Shown here: positions 18,689-27,871 of the stretch, in pieces | Numbering within the stretch: position 1 is the first letter of the stretch | Layout of the letters: each line of letters starts with the position of its first letter | Source of the DNA: Rubrivivax sp. | Lineage (GTDB): Bacteria > Pseudomonadota > Gammaproteobacteria > Burkholderiales > Burkholderiaceae_C | NCBI GenBank assembly: GCA_020720385.1 | Contig: DYOR01000002.1 | Coordinates: 977 to 64,976, forward strand | Direction: 5' to 3' | Length of the DNA stretch: 64,000 nucleotides | The notes under the pieces: generated by a model | The model's input: only the letters and a program-made list of their open reading frames with translations | Told to the model about the DNA's origin: nothing | Database searches by the model: none | Program-made: the position numbers and the translations under genes

Positions 18689-21247
18689 GTGCCTTCGCAA
18701 AACCTCCTGCCCTTCGAACGCGGCCCGGCCGACGACGGCGCGGCGGCGCACGTGCTGGCCTCCCGCGCGCTGGCGGCGGAACCCGGCGTGTGGGACGAGC
18801 TGCGCCAGGGCGATGGTGGCCTGCGCGCGCTGTGGCAGCGCTTCGCGCGGGGCCTGCCCGCGCCCGCGGCTCACGCCGGCATCGCCGAGGACCTCGACCG
18901 CCGCCTCGCCCAGGTGGCGCAGCGCATCCGCCTGGACGGCGTCACGCACAACGTCTTCAGCGAGGACCCGGCGGTGGGCGTGGCGGCGCGGCCCTGGTCG
19001 CTGGAGCTGCTGCCGCTGCTCCTCTCGGCGGCCGACTGGGCGGCCATCGAAGCCGGCGTGGTGCAGCGCGCGGAGCTGCTGCAGCGCATGCTGGCCGATC
19101 TGTACGGGCCGCAGCGCCTGCTCCACGAGGGCCTGCTGCCGCCGGCATTGCTGCTGCGTCACCCGGGCTGGCTGCGGCCCATGGTCGGTGTGCGGCCACC
19201 CGGTGGAGGGCACCTCTTCATCGTCGCCTTCGACCTCGCGCGCGGCCCCGACGGCCGCTGGTGGCTCATCGCCCAGCGCACGCAAGGACCCTCGGGCCTG
19301 GGCTACGTGCTGCACAACCGCCTGGTCATCGCACGCCAGTTCCCCGAGGCCTTCCGCGAGCTGCGCGTGCAGCACATCGCCAGCAGCTACCGGCGCCTGC
19401 TCGACACCCTGGAGCAGGCGGCGCGCGAGGTCGCCGGCGGCGCCGCGCCGCGCGTGGTGCTGCTCACGCCGGGGCCCTACAGCGAGACCCACTTCGAGCA
19501 CGCCTACCTCGCCAGCTACCTGGGCGTGCCGCTGGTCGAGGGCGGCGACCTCAGCGTGCGCGGCGAGCGCCTGTTCCTGCAGACGGTGGAGGGGCTGGAG
19601 CCCGTGCACGGCGTGCTGCGGCGCATCGACGACCACTGGTGCGACCCGCTGGAGCTGCGCCCGGACTCGGCCCTGGGCGTGCCCGGCCTGCTGCAGGCGG
19701 CGCGCGCGGGCAGCGTGGTCATGGCCAACGCGCTGGGCAGCGCCTTCCTCGAATCGCCCGCCATCCAGGGTTTCATGCCGGGCATTGCGCAGCGCCTGGC
19801 GGGCGAGGAGCTGCGCATGCCGTCGCTGCCCACCTGGTGGTGCGGCGAGGCCGCGGCCTGGGCCGGCGTGCGCGGCGAGCTCGCCGGCAAGATCGTGCGC
19901 GGCACCTACCCCGGCGGCGGGCGGACCTCGCCGGTGCGCGACCTTGCCGACGTGGCCATCGAGGACGACCCCGACGCCTGGACCATTCAGGGGCGGCTGC
20001 GCTACTCGCGTGCGCCGATCTGGGGCGCCGGCATGCTCACCGCGCGCCCTGCCATGGTGCGTGTCTACGCCATTGCCGACGGCGGCGGGCGCTGGCATGT
20101 GCTGCCCGGCGGCATGACGCGCGTCGCGCCGCGCGAGGACGGCAGCGTCTCCATGCAGCGCGGCGGCACGAGCCTGGACACCTGGGTCCTCACCGACGGG
20201 CCGGTGGACACCTTCTCCATGCTGCCGCGGCCGCTGCAGGTGGACGACCTCGCCGAGCGCCGCCGCCCGCTCTCTAGCCGCACCGGCGAGAACCTCTTCT
20301 GGCTCGGCCGCTACACCGAGCGCACCGAGCAACTCGTGCGCCTGGCGCGCGCCACGCTGCTGCACATCGATGCCGACGGCGACGCCCCGCCGGCGGTGAT
20401 GCAGGCCCTCTCGGCCCTGGCCGTGCGCACGGGGCTGGCGCCTGCGGGCGTGCCCACGCTGCTGCAATCGGCCCACCTCTTCGAACGCGCCGTGCTCGCA
20501 GGCCTGGGCGACGGGCAGGGCGCGCTGAGCGTCGCCTACGACCTCGCGGCGCTGGAGCGCGCCTCGCTGGCGCTGCGCGAACGCCTCTCGCCCGAGCACT
20601 GGGGCCTCATCCGCAGCATGCGCGAGGCTTTCGCGCAGGGGCTGCAGGCCGGCGCGGGCGAACTGCCCGGGCGCGCGCAGGCGCTGGCCGCGCTGGACCG
20701 CCTGGCCCTCGGGCTCGGCGCCGTCACCGGTGCACAGACCGACCGCATGACGCGCGACCACGGCTGGCGGCTGCTCACCGTGGGGCGCCTCGCCGAGCGG
20801 CTCATCGGCGTGGCCACGCGCATGCAGGCCTTCCTCGACGCGCGCGCCCTGGCCAGCGTGGCCGGGATCGAACTGCTGCTCGAGCTCTTCGACAGCCTCA
20901 TCACCTTCCGTGCCCGCTACCAGCGCCACGAGGACCTGCTCGCCCTGGCCGACCTGCTCGTGCTCGACAGCGCCAACCCGCGCGCCTTCGCCGGCGTGCT
21001 GCGCCGGCTGCGCACCGAGATCGGCAAGCTGCCCGGCCCGCCGCAGACGCTGCAGCCCCTGCTCGCCCTGCTCCCCGCCGAGGGGGCGGGCCTGGCGCTG
21101 GAGTCCCTGCGCGGTGCCGACGACGAGGCCGTCGCGCGTGCCCTGCGTGCGCTGGCGGCGCGCCTCGCGGCCAGCGGCGCGGCGCTCGCCGACGCCGTGG
21201 GCGAGCGCTACTTCACGCCGGCGCACGGCGTCGACCAGCGGGTCTGA
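18689..21247 (+). CDS. Circularly permuted type-2 ATP-grasp protein fused to an alpha-E domain
   Basis: 852-aa ORF with a GTG start. The N-terminal two thirds parallel the stand-alone ATP-grasp at 22293 (e.g. ETHFEHAYLASYLGVPLVEGGDLSVRGERLFLQT vs NSAYFEHAFLAQQMGVELVEGQDLFVKDGFVFMRT). The C-terminal third (LSSRTGENLFWLGRYTERTEQ...) parallels the alpha-E protein at 23732 (LSRTADHLFWMARYMERAEN...). Confidence 0.9.
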   Translation: MPSQNLLPFERGPADDGAAAHVLASRALAAEPGVWDELRQGDGGLRALWQRFARGLPAPAAHAGIAEDLDRRLAQVAQRIRLDGVTHNVFSEDPAVGVAARPWSLELLPLLLSAADWAAIEAGVVQRAELLQRMLADLYGPQRLLHEGLLPPALLLRHPGWLRPMVGVRPPGGGHLFIVAFDLARGPDGRWWLIAQRTQGPSGLGYVLHNRLVIARQFPEAFRELRVQHIASSYRRLLDTLEQAAREVAGGAAPRVVLLTPGPYSETHFEHAYLASYLGVPLVEGGDLSVRGERLFLQTVEGLEPVHGVLRRIDDHWCDPLELRPDSALGVPGLLQAARAGSVVMANALGSAFLESPAIQGFMPGIAQRLAGEELRMPSLPTWWCGEAAAWAGVRGELAGKIVRGTYPGGGRTSPVRDLADVAIEDDPDAWTIQGRLRYSRAPIWGAGMLTARPAMVRVYAIADGGGRWHVLPGGMTRVAPREDGSVSMQRGGTSLDTWVLTDGPVDTFSMLPRPLQVDDLAERRRPLSSRTGENLFWLGRYTERTEQLVRLARATLLHIDADGDAPPAVMQALSALAVRTGLAPAGVPTLLQSAHLFERAVLAGLGDGQGALSVAYDLAALERASLALRERLSPEHWGLIRSMREAFAQGLQAGAGELPGRAQALAALDRLALGLGAVTGAQTDRMTRDHGWRLLTVGRLAERLIGVATRMQAFLDARALASVAGIELLLELFDSLITFRARYQRHEDLLALADLLVLDSANPRAFAGVLRRLRTEIGKLPGPPQTLQPLLALLPAEGAGLALESLRGADDEAVARALRALAARLAASGAALADAVGERYFTPAHGVDQRV

Positions 21248-21327
21248 AGTGAGACCCCCAAGCTCACTCCGTTCGCGGCCCCCCGAGGGGGATCTCAGTA
21301 CCTTCGGAACGGCCGGGCGGTCCTGAC
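21248..21327 (+). repeat. Intergenic palindromic repeat, family A, copy 1
   Basis: About 85 % identical by eye to 43924..44002: GAG(A)CCCCCAAGCTCACTCCGTTCGCGGCCCCCCGAGGGGG...TCAGTACCTTCGGAACGGCCGGGCGGTCCTGAC. It contains a CCCCC-GA-GGGGG hairpin and a TCAG..CC/GG..CTGA stem. It fills the whole gap between a stop and the next ATG. Confidence 0.8.
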
Positions 21328-22266
21328 ATGCACCTGGAAGTGACGCACGAGACGCGCTACGACTACGCCGCGCCGGTGACGCTGGCGCACCACCTGGCGC
21401 ATCTGCAGCCGCTGCACGACGAGTTCCAGCAGCTCCACGCCTTCGACCTGGCCATCGCGCCGGCCCCCGACCACCAGCGCGAAGGACGCGATGTGCTGGG
21501 CAACGTCGAGCACCATTTCAGCCTCGCCCGGCCGCACCAACGCCTGAACGTCACGGCGCTGAGCCGCGTGAGCGTGAGGCCGCGCTTCGGCGCCCTGCGC
21601 GCGGCCGCCTCGCCGCCCTGGGACGCGGTGGCGGCACGCCTGCGCTACGTCGCCCGCGCGCCCTTCGAGCCCGCGGCCGGGTTCACCATGCCTTCGCCCT
21701 ACGTGCCGCGGCTGGCGCCGCTGCGCGACTACGCCGCCGCCTCGTTCACCCCGGGCCGGGCGCTGGCCGAAGCGGCGCTGGAGCTGATGCAGCGCGTGCA
21801 CGCGGACTTCAGCTACGAGAGCCGCAGCACCGAGGTCGACACGCCGCTGGCCGAGGTCTGGGCGCGCCGCTGCGGCGTGTGCCAGGACTTTGCCCACCTC
21901 ATGGCCGGGGCCATGCGCATGCTCGGCCTGCCGGTGCGCTATGTCAGCGGCTACCTGCTCACGCAGGCCCCCGAAGGCGGCGCCACCCTGCTTGGGGCCG
22001 ACGCCTCGCACGCCTGGGTGCAGGCCTGGTGCCCGGGCACACCCGGGGTGCCGCCCGATGCCGCCGGCGGCGCCTGGCTCGACCTGGACCCGACCAACAA
22101 CGTCGTGCCCGGCGCCGGCCACGTGCGCGTGGCCGTGGGGCGCGACTTCGGCGACGTCACCCCCCTGCGCGGCGTGATCCGCGGCGGCGGGCGCCACACC
22201 CTGACCGTCGGCGTCGTGACACGCGCGCTGGACGATGCCACGGCGGTCGGGAACGCGAGTTGCTAG
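21328..22266 (+). CDS. Transglutaminase family protein (Bact_transglu_N + transglutaminase core)
   Basis: 312-aa ORF starting MHLEVTHETRYDYAAPV. The catalytic Cys context is RRCGVCQDFAHLMAGAMRMLGLPVRYVSGYL, followed by DASHAWVQAW and DLDPTN (Cys-His-Asp triad pattern). Confidence 0.9.
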   Translation: MHLEVTHETRYDYAAPVTLAHHLAHLQPLHDEFQQLHAFDLAIAPAPDHQREGRDVLGNVEHHFSLARPHQRLNVTALSRVSVRPRFGALRAAASPPWDAVAARLRYVARAPFEPAAGFTMPSPYVPRLAPLRDYAAASFTPGRALAEAALELMQRVHADFSYESRSTEVDTPLAEVWARRCGVCQDFAHLMAGAMRMLGLPVRYVSGYLLTQAPEGGATLLGADASHAWVQAWCPGTPGVPPDAAGGAWLDLDPTNNVVPGAGHVRVAVGRDFGDVTPLRGVIRGGGRHTLTVGVVTRALDDATAVGNASC

Positions 22267-22292
22267 AGACTACCTTCGAGGAGCCCAGGACA

Positions 22293-23729
22293 ATGAACCC
22301 GGCGATTGACGAAATGCTCACCGCGACGCGGGACGTGCGCGAGCAGTACCGCGTCTACGAGCGCTGGCTCTCGCGCCAGCCGGCCGCAGCGATGAAGGCG
22401 CGGCGCGAGGAGGCGGAGATGATCTTCCGCCGCGTGGGCATCACCTTCGCCGTCTACGGTGCCAAGGACGAGGACGGCGCGGGCACCGAGCGGCTCATCC
22501 CCTTCGACCTCATCCCGCGCGTCATCCCCAAGCACGAGTGGACGGCCATGGAGGCCGGCCTGCGCCAGCGCGTGACGGCGCTGAACCGCTTCATCCACGA
22601 CGTCTACCACGACCAGGAGATCCTCGAGGCCGGCATCGTGCCGGCCGCGCAGGTGCTGGGCAACGCCCAGTTCCGCGCAGAGATGATGGGCGTGACGCTG
22701 CCGGGCAAGGTCTATTCGCATGTCTCGGGCATCGACATCGTGCGCGCGGGCCACGCAGACGGGAGCGGCGAGTACTACGTGCTCGAGGACAACCTGCGCG
22801 TGCCCAGCGGGGTGAGCTACATGCTCGAAAACCGCAAGATGATGATGCGGCTCTTCCCCGAGCTCTTCAGCATCCACCGCGTCGCCCCGGTGGCGCACTA
22901 CCCCGACCTGCTGCTCGAGACGCTGCGCGCCGTGGCGCCCGCCGGCGTCAACGAGCCCACCGTGGTGGTCCTCACCCCGGGCATGTACAACAGCGCCTAC
23001 TTCGAGCACGCCTTCCTCGCGCAGCAGATGGGGGTGGAACTGGTCGAGGGCCAGGACCTCTTCGTCAAGGACGGCTTCGTCTTCATGCGCACCACGCAGG
23101 GCCCGCGGCGCGTCGACGTGATCTACCGCCGCGTCGACGACGACTTCCTCGACCCGCGCGCCTTCCGCGCCGACAGCACCCTGGGCTGCGCCGGGCTGCT
23201 CGACGTCTACCGCGCCGGCAACATTGCCCTGAGCAACGCCATCGGCACGGGCATCGCCGACGACAAGAGCATCTACCCCTACGTGCCGCGGATGATCGAG
23301 TTCTACCTCGGCGAAAAGCCCATCCTGAGCAACGTGCCGACCTATCTGTGCCGCGAGCCCGAGGATCTCGCCTACGTGCTCGCGCACATGGCCGAGCTGG
23401 TGGTCAAGGAGGTGCACGGCGCGGGTGGCTACGGCATGCTCGTGGGCCCGGCGGCGACGCGGGCGGAGATCGCCGAGTTCGCCCGCGTGGTGCAGGCCAA
23501 CCCGGGCAACTACATCGCCCAGCCGACGCTGGCGCTGTCCACCTGCCCGACCTTCGTCGACAGCGGCATCGCCCCGCGCCACATCGACCTGCGGCCCTTC
23601 GTGCTCTCGGGCACGAGCGTGCAGATGGTGCCCGGCGGCCTCACCCGCGTGGCGCTCGAGGAAGGCTCGCTGGTGGTCAACTCGTCGCAGGGCGGGGGCA
23701 CCAAGGACACCTGGGTGTTGGAGGACTGA
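22293..23729 (+). CDS. Circularly permuted type-2 ATP-grasp protein
   Basis: The ATG at 22293 gives 478 aa; the track ORF begins earlier in shadow sequence. It is highly family-typical: FRRVGITFAVYG...ERLIPFDLIPRVI...YYVLEDNLRVPSGVSYMLENR...GGYGMLVGP...SSQGGGTKDTWVL. Confidence 0.9.
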   Translation: MNPAIDEMLTATRDVREQYRVYERWLSRQPAAAMKARREEAEMIFRRVGITFAVYGAKDEDGAGTERLIPFDLIPRVIPKHEWTAMEAGLRQRVTALNRFIHDVYHDQEILEAGIVPAAQVLGNAQFRAEMMGVTLPGKVYSHVSGIDIVRAGHADGSGEYYVLEDNLRVPSGVSYMLENRKMMMRLFPELFSIHRVAPVAHYPDLLLETLRAVAPAGVNEPTVVVLTPGMYNSAYFEHAFLAQQMGVELVEGQDLFVKDGFVFMRTTQGPRRVDVIYRRVDDDFLDPRAFRADSTLGCAGLLDVYRAGNIALSNAIGTGIADDKSIYPYVPRMIEFYLGEKPILSNVPTYLCREPEDLAYVLAHMAELVVKEVHGAGGYGMLVGPAATRAEIAEFARVVQANPGNYIAQPTLALSTCPTFVDSGIAPRHIDLRPFVLSGTSVQMVPGGLTRVALEEGSLVVNSSQGGGTKDTWVLED

Positions 23730-23731
23730 AC

Positions 23732-24697
23732 ATGTTGTCTAGAACCGCCGACCACCTGTTCTGGATGGCACGCTACATGGAGCGCGCCGAGAACACCGCG
23801 CGCATGCTCGACGTCAACTACCAGACCTCGCTGCTGCCGCAGTCGGCCGCCATGGCCGAGCAGGGCTGGCGCGGCCTGCTCTCGATCAGCGAGCTCACCT
23901 CGAGCTTCTCGCGCAAGCACGCGCAGGTCAGCGCCGGCGACGTCATGGACTTCATGGTGCGCGACGAGACCAACCCCTCGAGCATCGTCGCCTGCCTGCG
24001 CGCCGCGCGCGAGAACGCCCGCGCCGTGCGCGGGGCGCTCACCACCGAGGTCTGGGAGACGCAGAACCAGACCTGGCTGGAGTTCAACCGCAGGCTCGAG
24101 GAGGGCGCCTTCGAACGCGACCCGGCGACGACCTTCGAATGGGTGAAGTTCCGCTCGCACCTCTCGCGCGGCGTCACCCTGGGCACGATGCTGCAGGACG
24201 AGGCGCTGCACTTCCTGCGCATCGGCAGCTTCCTGGAGCGCGCCGACAACACCGCGCGGCTGCTCGACGTGAAGTTCCAGGCCCTGGCCGGGGGCGAGGA
24301 CTTCGGCCCCGGCGCCGCCAAGGAAGGGCAGGAGGTGGACTTCTACCACTGGAGCGCGATCCTGCGCTCGGTCTCGGGCTTCGAGATCTACCGCAAGGTC
24401 TACCGCAACGTGATCCACCCGGAAAAGGTGGCCGAGCTGCTCATCCTGCGGCCTGACATGCCGCGCTCGCTGGCGGGTTGCATGAACGACCTGCTGGCGA
24501 ATCTGGAGAGAGTCGCCAACCAGCACAGCAGCGAAACGCTGCGCCGCGCCGGCCGGCTGCGCTCGGATCTGCAGTACGGCCGCATCGACGAGATCCTGGC
24601 CACCGGGCTGCACGCCTTCCTCACCGAGTTCCTGGACCGCGTCAACGACCTGGGCATCGGCATCAGCCGTGATTTCCTCGTGCCGATGGCGGCCTGA
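23732..24697 (+). CDS. Alpha-E domain-containing protein
   Basis: The ATG at 23732 lies 2 nt after the previous stop, giving 321 aa. MLSRTADHLFWMARYMERAENTARMLDV...FLRIGSFLERADNTARLLDVKF is the alpha-E (DUF403) signature. Confidence 0.9.
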   Translation: MLSRTADHLFWMARYMERAENTARMLDVNYQTSLLPQSAAMAEQGWRGLLSISELTSSFSRKHAQVSAGDVMDFMVRDETNPSSIVACLRAARENARAVRGALTTEVWETQNQTWLEFNRRLEEGAFERDPATTFEWVKFRSHLSRGVTLGTMLQDEALHFLRIGSFLERADNTARLLDVKFQALAGGEDFGPGAAKEGQEVDFYHWSAILRSVSGFEIYRKVYRNVIHPEKVAELLILRPDMPRSLAGCMNDLLANLERVANQHSSETLRRAGRLRSDLQYGRIDEILATGLHAFLTEFLDRVNDLGIGISRDFLVPMAA

Positions 24698-24722
24698 GGT
24701 ACCGAGCGTTGCGCGCCGACGC

Positions 24723-25805
24723 TCAGCGCGCCTGGCGCAGCGCCCGGGCCAGTTCGATCACCGCCATGGCGTAGTAGCTCGACCAGTTGTAGCGCGTGAG
24801 GGCATAGAAGTTCTGCGTCCCCGCCACGTAGCTGGGTGCGCGCGCGCCGTTCTGCAACTCGACGAAAGCCAGCGGCCCGGCATGGGCCCGGCCGGCTTCG
24901 TCGAGCACCGCGCCATGCTCGGCGAGCTGCGCGGCACTGAAGCGCGGCACGATGTCCGGGGCGAGCAGCTCGGCGCGCTCGCGGCTGTCCACCGGCGCGG
25001 CCACCGCGAAATGCGTGGGCAGGCCGCGCTCCCACCCCGCCTGGGCGAGGAAGTGGGCCACGCTGCCGACGACGTCGGCGCCGTTGCGCTGCAGGTCGAT
25101 GCGGCCGTCACCGTCCATGTCCAGGGCGAAGCGGTTGACGCTGCCGGGCATGAACTGCGCCAGCCCGATGGCGCCGGCATAGCTGCCCTTCACCGACTGC
25201 GCCTCGACGCCCTCGCGCGCGCACAGGACGAGCAACTCCTCGAGCTCGCCGCGGAAGAAGGCGCTGCGGTCCTTGCGCCCGCTGGGGAAGTCGAAGGCCA
25301 GCGTGGCCAGGGCATCCAGGGTGCGGAAGCGGCCCGTCACGCGGCCGTAGAAGGTTTCCACGCCGACGATGGCGACGACGATCTCCGGCGGCACGCCCCA
25401 GCGCTCTTCGGCCTGTGCCAGCCAAGGCTCCTGCGCGCGCCAGAAGGCCGCTCCGGCGGCGATGCGTCGCGCCTCGACGAAGCGCTCGCGGTAGGCGGCC
25501 CAGTTCTTCGCCGTGCCCGCGGCCGGCGGCATGACGAGCTGGCGCACGGCCTGCACGCGCCGGGCCTGCGCCAGCTGCGCCCGCAGCCAGGGCAGGGGCA
25601 GGCCGCGCCGCTCGGCCACCTCCTCGGCAAACTGCGTCACGTCGGCGCGGTGGCCGTAGGCGGGCCCGCCCGCGGCCGTGGCATGCACCGTGCGCGCACG
25701 GCCTGCCGCTGCGGCCTGCGGCGCGTGGCCAGCGAGCCCGAGCAAGGTGGCGAAGGCGAGGAGGGCCCGAAGGCCCGCCAGGGCGGCGCCAGCACGGGTT
25801 GGCAT
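24723..25805 (-). CDS. mltB: Lytic murein transglycosylase B
   Basis: The ATG at 25805 gives 360 aa with a signal peptide (GLRALLAFATLLGLAGHAPQAAAA). VAIVGVETFYGR, ATLAFD, GSYAGAIGLAQFMP and RYNWSSYYAMAV are MltB family motifs. The track ORF 24723..26417 is over-extended. Confidence 0.85.
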   Translation of the reverse strand: MPTRAGAALAGLRALLAFATLLGLAGHAPQAAAAGRARTVHATAAGGPAYGHRADVTQFAEEVAERRGLPLPWLRAQLAQARRVQAVRQLVMPPAAGTAKNWAAYRERFVEARRIAAGAAFWRAQEPWLAQAEERWGVPPEIVVAIVGVETFYGRVTGRFRTLDALATLAFDFPSGRKDRSAFFRGELEELLVLCAREGVEAQSVKGSYAGAIGLAQFMPGSVNRFALDMDGDGRIDLQRNGADVVGSVAHFLAQAGWERGLPTHFAVAAPVDSRERAELLAPDIVPRFSAAQLAEHGAVLDEAGRAHAGPLAFVELQNGARAPSYVAGTQNFYALTRYNWSSYYAMAVIELARALRQAR

Positions 25806-25822
25806 GCGGCGATTATCGATAC

Positions 25823-27871
25823 TCACCCTGGGCCCGCCGGCACGCTGGCGCAGGCGCGCGCCGCGGCGGCGAAGCCGCGCCACCAGGCGCGTTCGGGCAG
25901 ACGCCGGCCCGGCGCGCCGTAGCGCTGGCCGTCCAGCGCCTCGAGCGCCGCGGCCAGTGCCTCGCCGCGCGACCCGAGCGCCGCGCGCACCTGCGCGGCG
26001 CGCGTGCGCGGCGCGTGGTGCGGCAGCACCGGCACGCCCAGCGCCTGCAGGCGCCCCTGGATGCGCCGCTGCAGGCGCTGCCAGGGGTCCTGGCGGCGGC
26101 GGTCCCACCAGGCCCAGGCCGCGCCGGCGAGTGCGGCCGTGCACAGCAAGGCGATGGTCGCCGTGGCCAGGTCCTGCCACGAGGGCGAGCGCACGCCGAC
26201 CCTGCGCAGGAGCTCGAACTGCTGGCCGCGCGAGTAGTTCAGCACCCACTGGTTCCAGCGGTTGTCGACGCCTTCCCAGGCGCGGCGCAGCCGGCTCGCC
26301 AGCGCCGGGTCGAGGTTGCCCAGGGCGCCGGCGACGAAGCCCGGCCGCGGCGCGAGGCTGAAGCCGCGCTGCACGCGGTCCGGGGCCACGGCGGCGGTGG
26401 GGTCGATGCGCAGCCATCCGCTACCGGGCTGCCAGATCTCGGCCCAGGCGTGGGCGTTGCGCTGGCGCACGATCCAGTAGCCATCCTGCGGCTCGGGGTC
26501 GGCGCCCTGGTAGCCGGTGACGACGCGCGCGGGCACGCCCATGGCACGCATGACGACGACGAAGGCGCTGGCGAAGTGTTCGCAAAAACCGAGCTTGCGC
26601 TCGAGCCAGAACTCGTCGATGGCGTCCTCGGTGTAGGCGCCGGGCTCGAGCGTGTAGGTGTAGCCGCCGCGACGGATGTGCGCCAGCACGGCGTCGGCGA
26701 GGGTGCGCGCGTCGGCCCCGCGCAGCTGTGGCTGGCGTTGCAACTGCTCGGCCCACTGGCGCGTGCGCGGCTCGGCGCCGGGGGGCAGGGCGAGCAGGTC
26801 GCGCAGCCCGGGCACCTCCTGGCGCGGGCCATGGCGGTGGGCCAGCCAGGCCGAGGCCTGCACGCGCACGCGCTGCATGAGCGGGCGGTCGATCTGCCAC
26901 TGGCCGTCCGGGCGCAGGGTGAGCAGTGCGCCGTCGATGTGCGGCGCGGCGTCGGCGCGCTCGGGCGTCATCTCCAGCAGCGGCAGCAGCAGCAGGCGGT
27001 TGGGTTCCACCGTCATCTCGTAGCGCAGCGCCGGGCCGAGCAGCTCGAGCTCGAGGCGTGGGCGCAGCGCGGCGGCCACGCTGGGCACCAGGCGCGTCCA
27101 CTCGCGGCCGTCGAATTGCGACAGCACCGGGCCACGGAAGTAGAGCTGGTCCAGCCGCGGGGCCGGGCCGGTGAAGCGCACGCGCAGGGCCACCGAATCG
27201 TCCTCGGCGATGGAGGCCACGCCGCCCAGGGTCATCGACCCCGAAAGCCCGGTGCGCCCGGCGGCGTCCTGCGGCAGCCCCCACAGCGGCCCCAGGCGCG
27301 GGAAGAGGACGAAGAGCACCACCATCAGTGGCACGCCCAGCCCGGCCACACGTGCGGCCACGGCGCCGGCACGCGCCAGCGGCGGCCGGCCGACGGGCAT
27401 GTGCGCCAGCGCCAGCGCGCTGAGCAGGCCCCACACGGCCACCAGCAGCCACAACCCCGTGCCCAGCGACTGCGAGTAGAGGAAGTGCGTGAGCACGAGG
27501 AAGAAGCCGAGGAAGAACACCACCAGCGCGTCGCGCCGCGCGCGCAGCTCGAGCGTCTTCAGCGCCATGAGCACGACGAGCATGGTGATGCCGGCTTCCT
27601 TGCCCAGCAGGGTGTGTTCGCTGCGCAGCGTCAGCCCGGCGGCGAGCACGAGCAGGGCGCTCACCACCCAGCGATTGGGCAGCGCGCCGCCGCTGAGCGC
27701 CAGCCGGGCGCGCCACAGCAGCAGCAGGATCGACATGGCGCCGCACCACGCGGGCAGGTGCAACAGGTGCGGCGCGATGGCCCAGCCGATGACGCCGAGG
27801 TGAAAGAGCGTGTCGCGGGTCTCGCGCGGCAGGTGCGCCGCGCGTTCGCGCCAGGCCAGCCGCGTCACCAT
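25823..27871 (-). CDS. Transglutaminase TgpA-like membrane protein (DUF3488 + transglutaminase core)
   Basis: 682-aa ORF with an N-terminal multi-TM region. The periplasmic domain has GFCEHFASAFVVVMRAMGVPARVVTGYQG ... AHAWAEIW ... RIDPT (Cys-His-Asp). It overlaps the DUF58 stop by 7 nt. Confidence 0.85.
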   Translation of the reverse strand: MVTRLAWRERAAHLPRETRDTLFHLGVIGWAIAPHLLHLPAWCGAMSILLLLWRARLALSGGALPNRWVVSALLVLAAGLTLRSEHTLLGKEAGITMLVVLMALKTLELRARRDALVVFFLGFFLVLTHFLYSQSLGTGLWLLVAVWGLLSALALAHMPVGRPPLARAGAVAARVAGLGVPLMVVLFVLFPRLGPLWGLPQDAAGRTGLSGSMTLGGVASIAEDDSVALRVRFTGPAPRLDQLYFRGPVLSQFDGREWTRLVPSVAAALRPRLELELLGPALRYEMTVEPNRLLLLPLLEMTPERADAAPHIDGALLTLRPDGQWQIDRPLMQRVRVQASAWLAHRHGPRQEVPGLRDLLALPPGAEPRTRQWAEQLQRQPQLRGADARTLADAVLAHIRRGGYTYTLEPGAYTEDAIDEFWLERKLGFCEHFASAFVVVMRAMGVPARVVTGYQGADPEPQDGYWIVRQRNAHAWAEIWQPGSGWLRIDPTAAVAPDRVQRGFSLAPRPGFVAGALGNLDPALASRLRRAWEGVDNRWNQWVLNYSRGQQFELLRRVGVRSPSWQDLATATIALLCTAALAGAAWAWWDRRRQDPWQRLQRRIQGRLQALGVPVLPHHAPRTRAAQVRAALGSRGEALAAALEALDGQRYGAPGRRLPERAWWRGFAAAARACASVPAGPG

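Noticed and set aside
15862-21226. Two very long antisense ORFs (15862..18675 and 18638..21226, 937 and 862 aa) opposite the DUF2126 and ATP-grasp fusion genes
   Set aside because: Both are low-complexity Arg/Ala/Gly/His-rich translations with no domain signatures. The sense strand carries clear family-typical sequence, so these are shadow ORFs.
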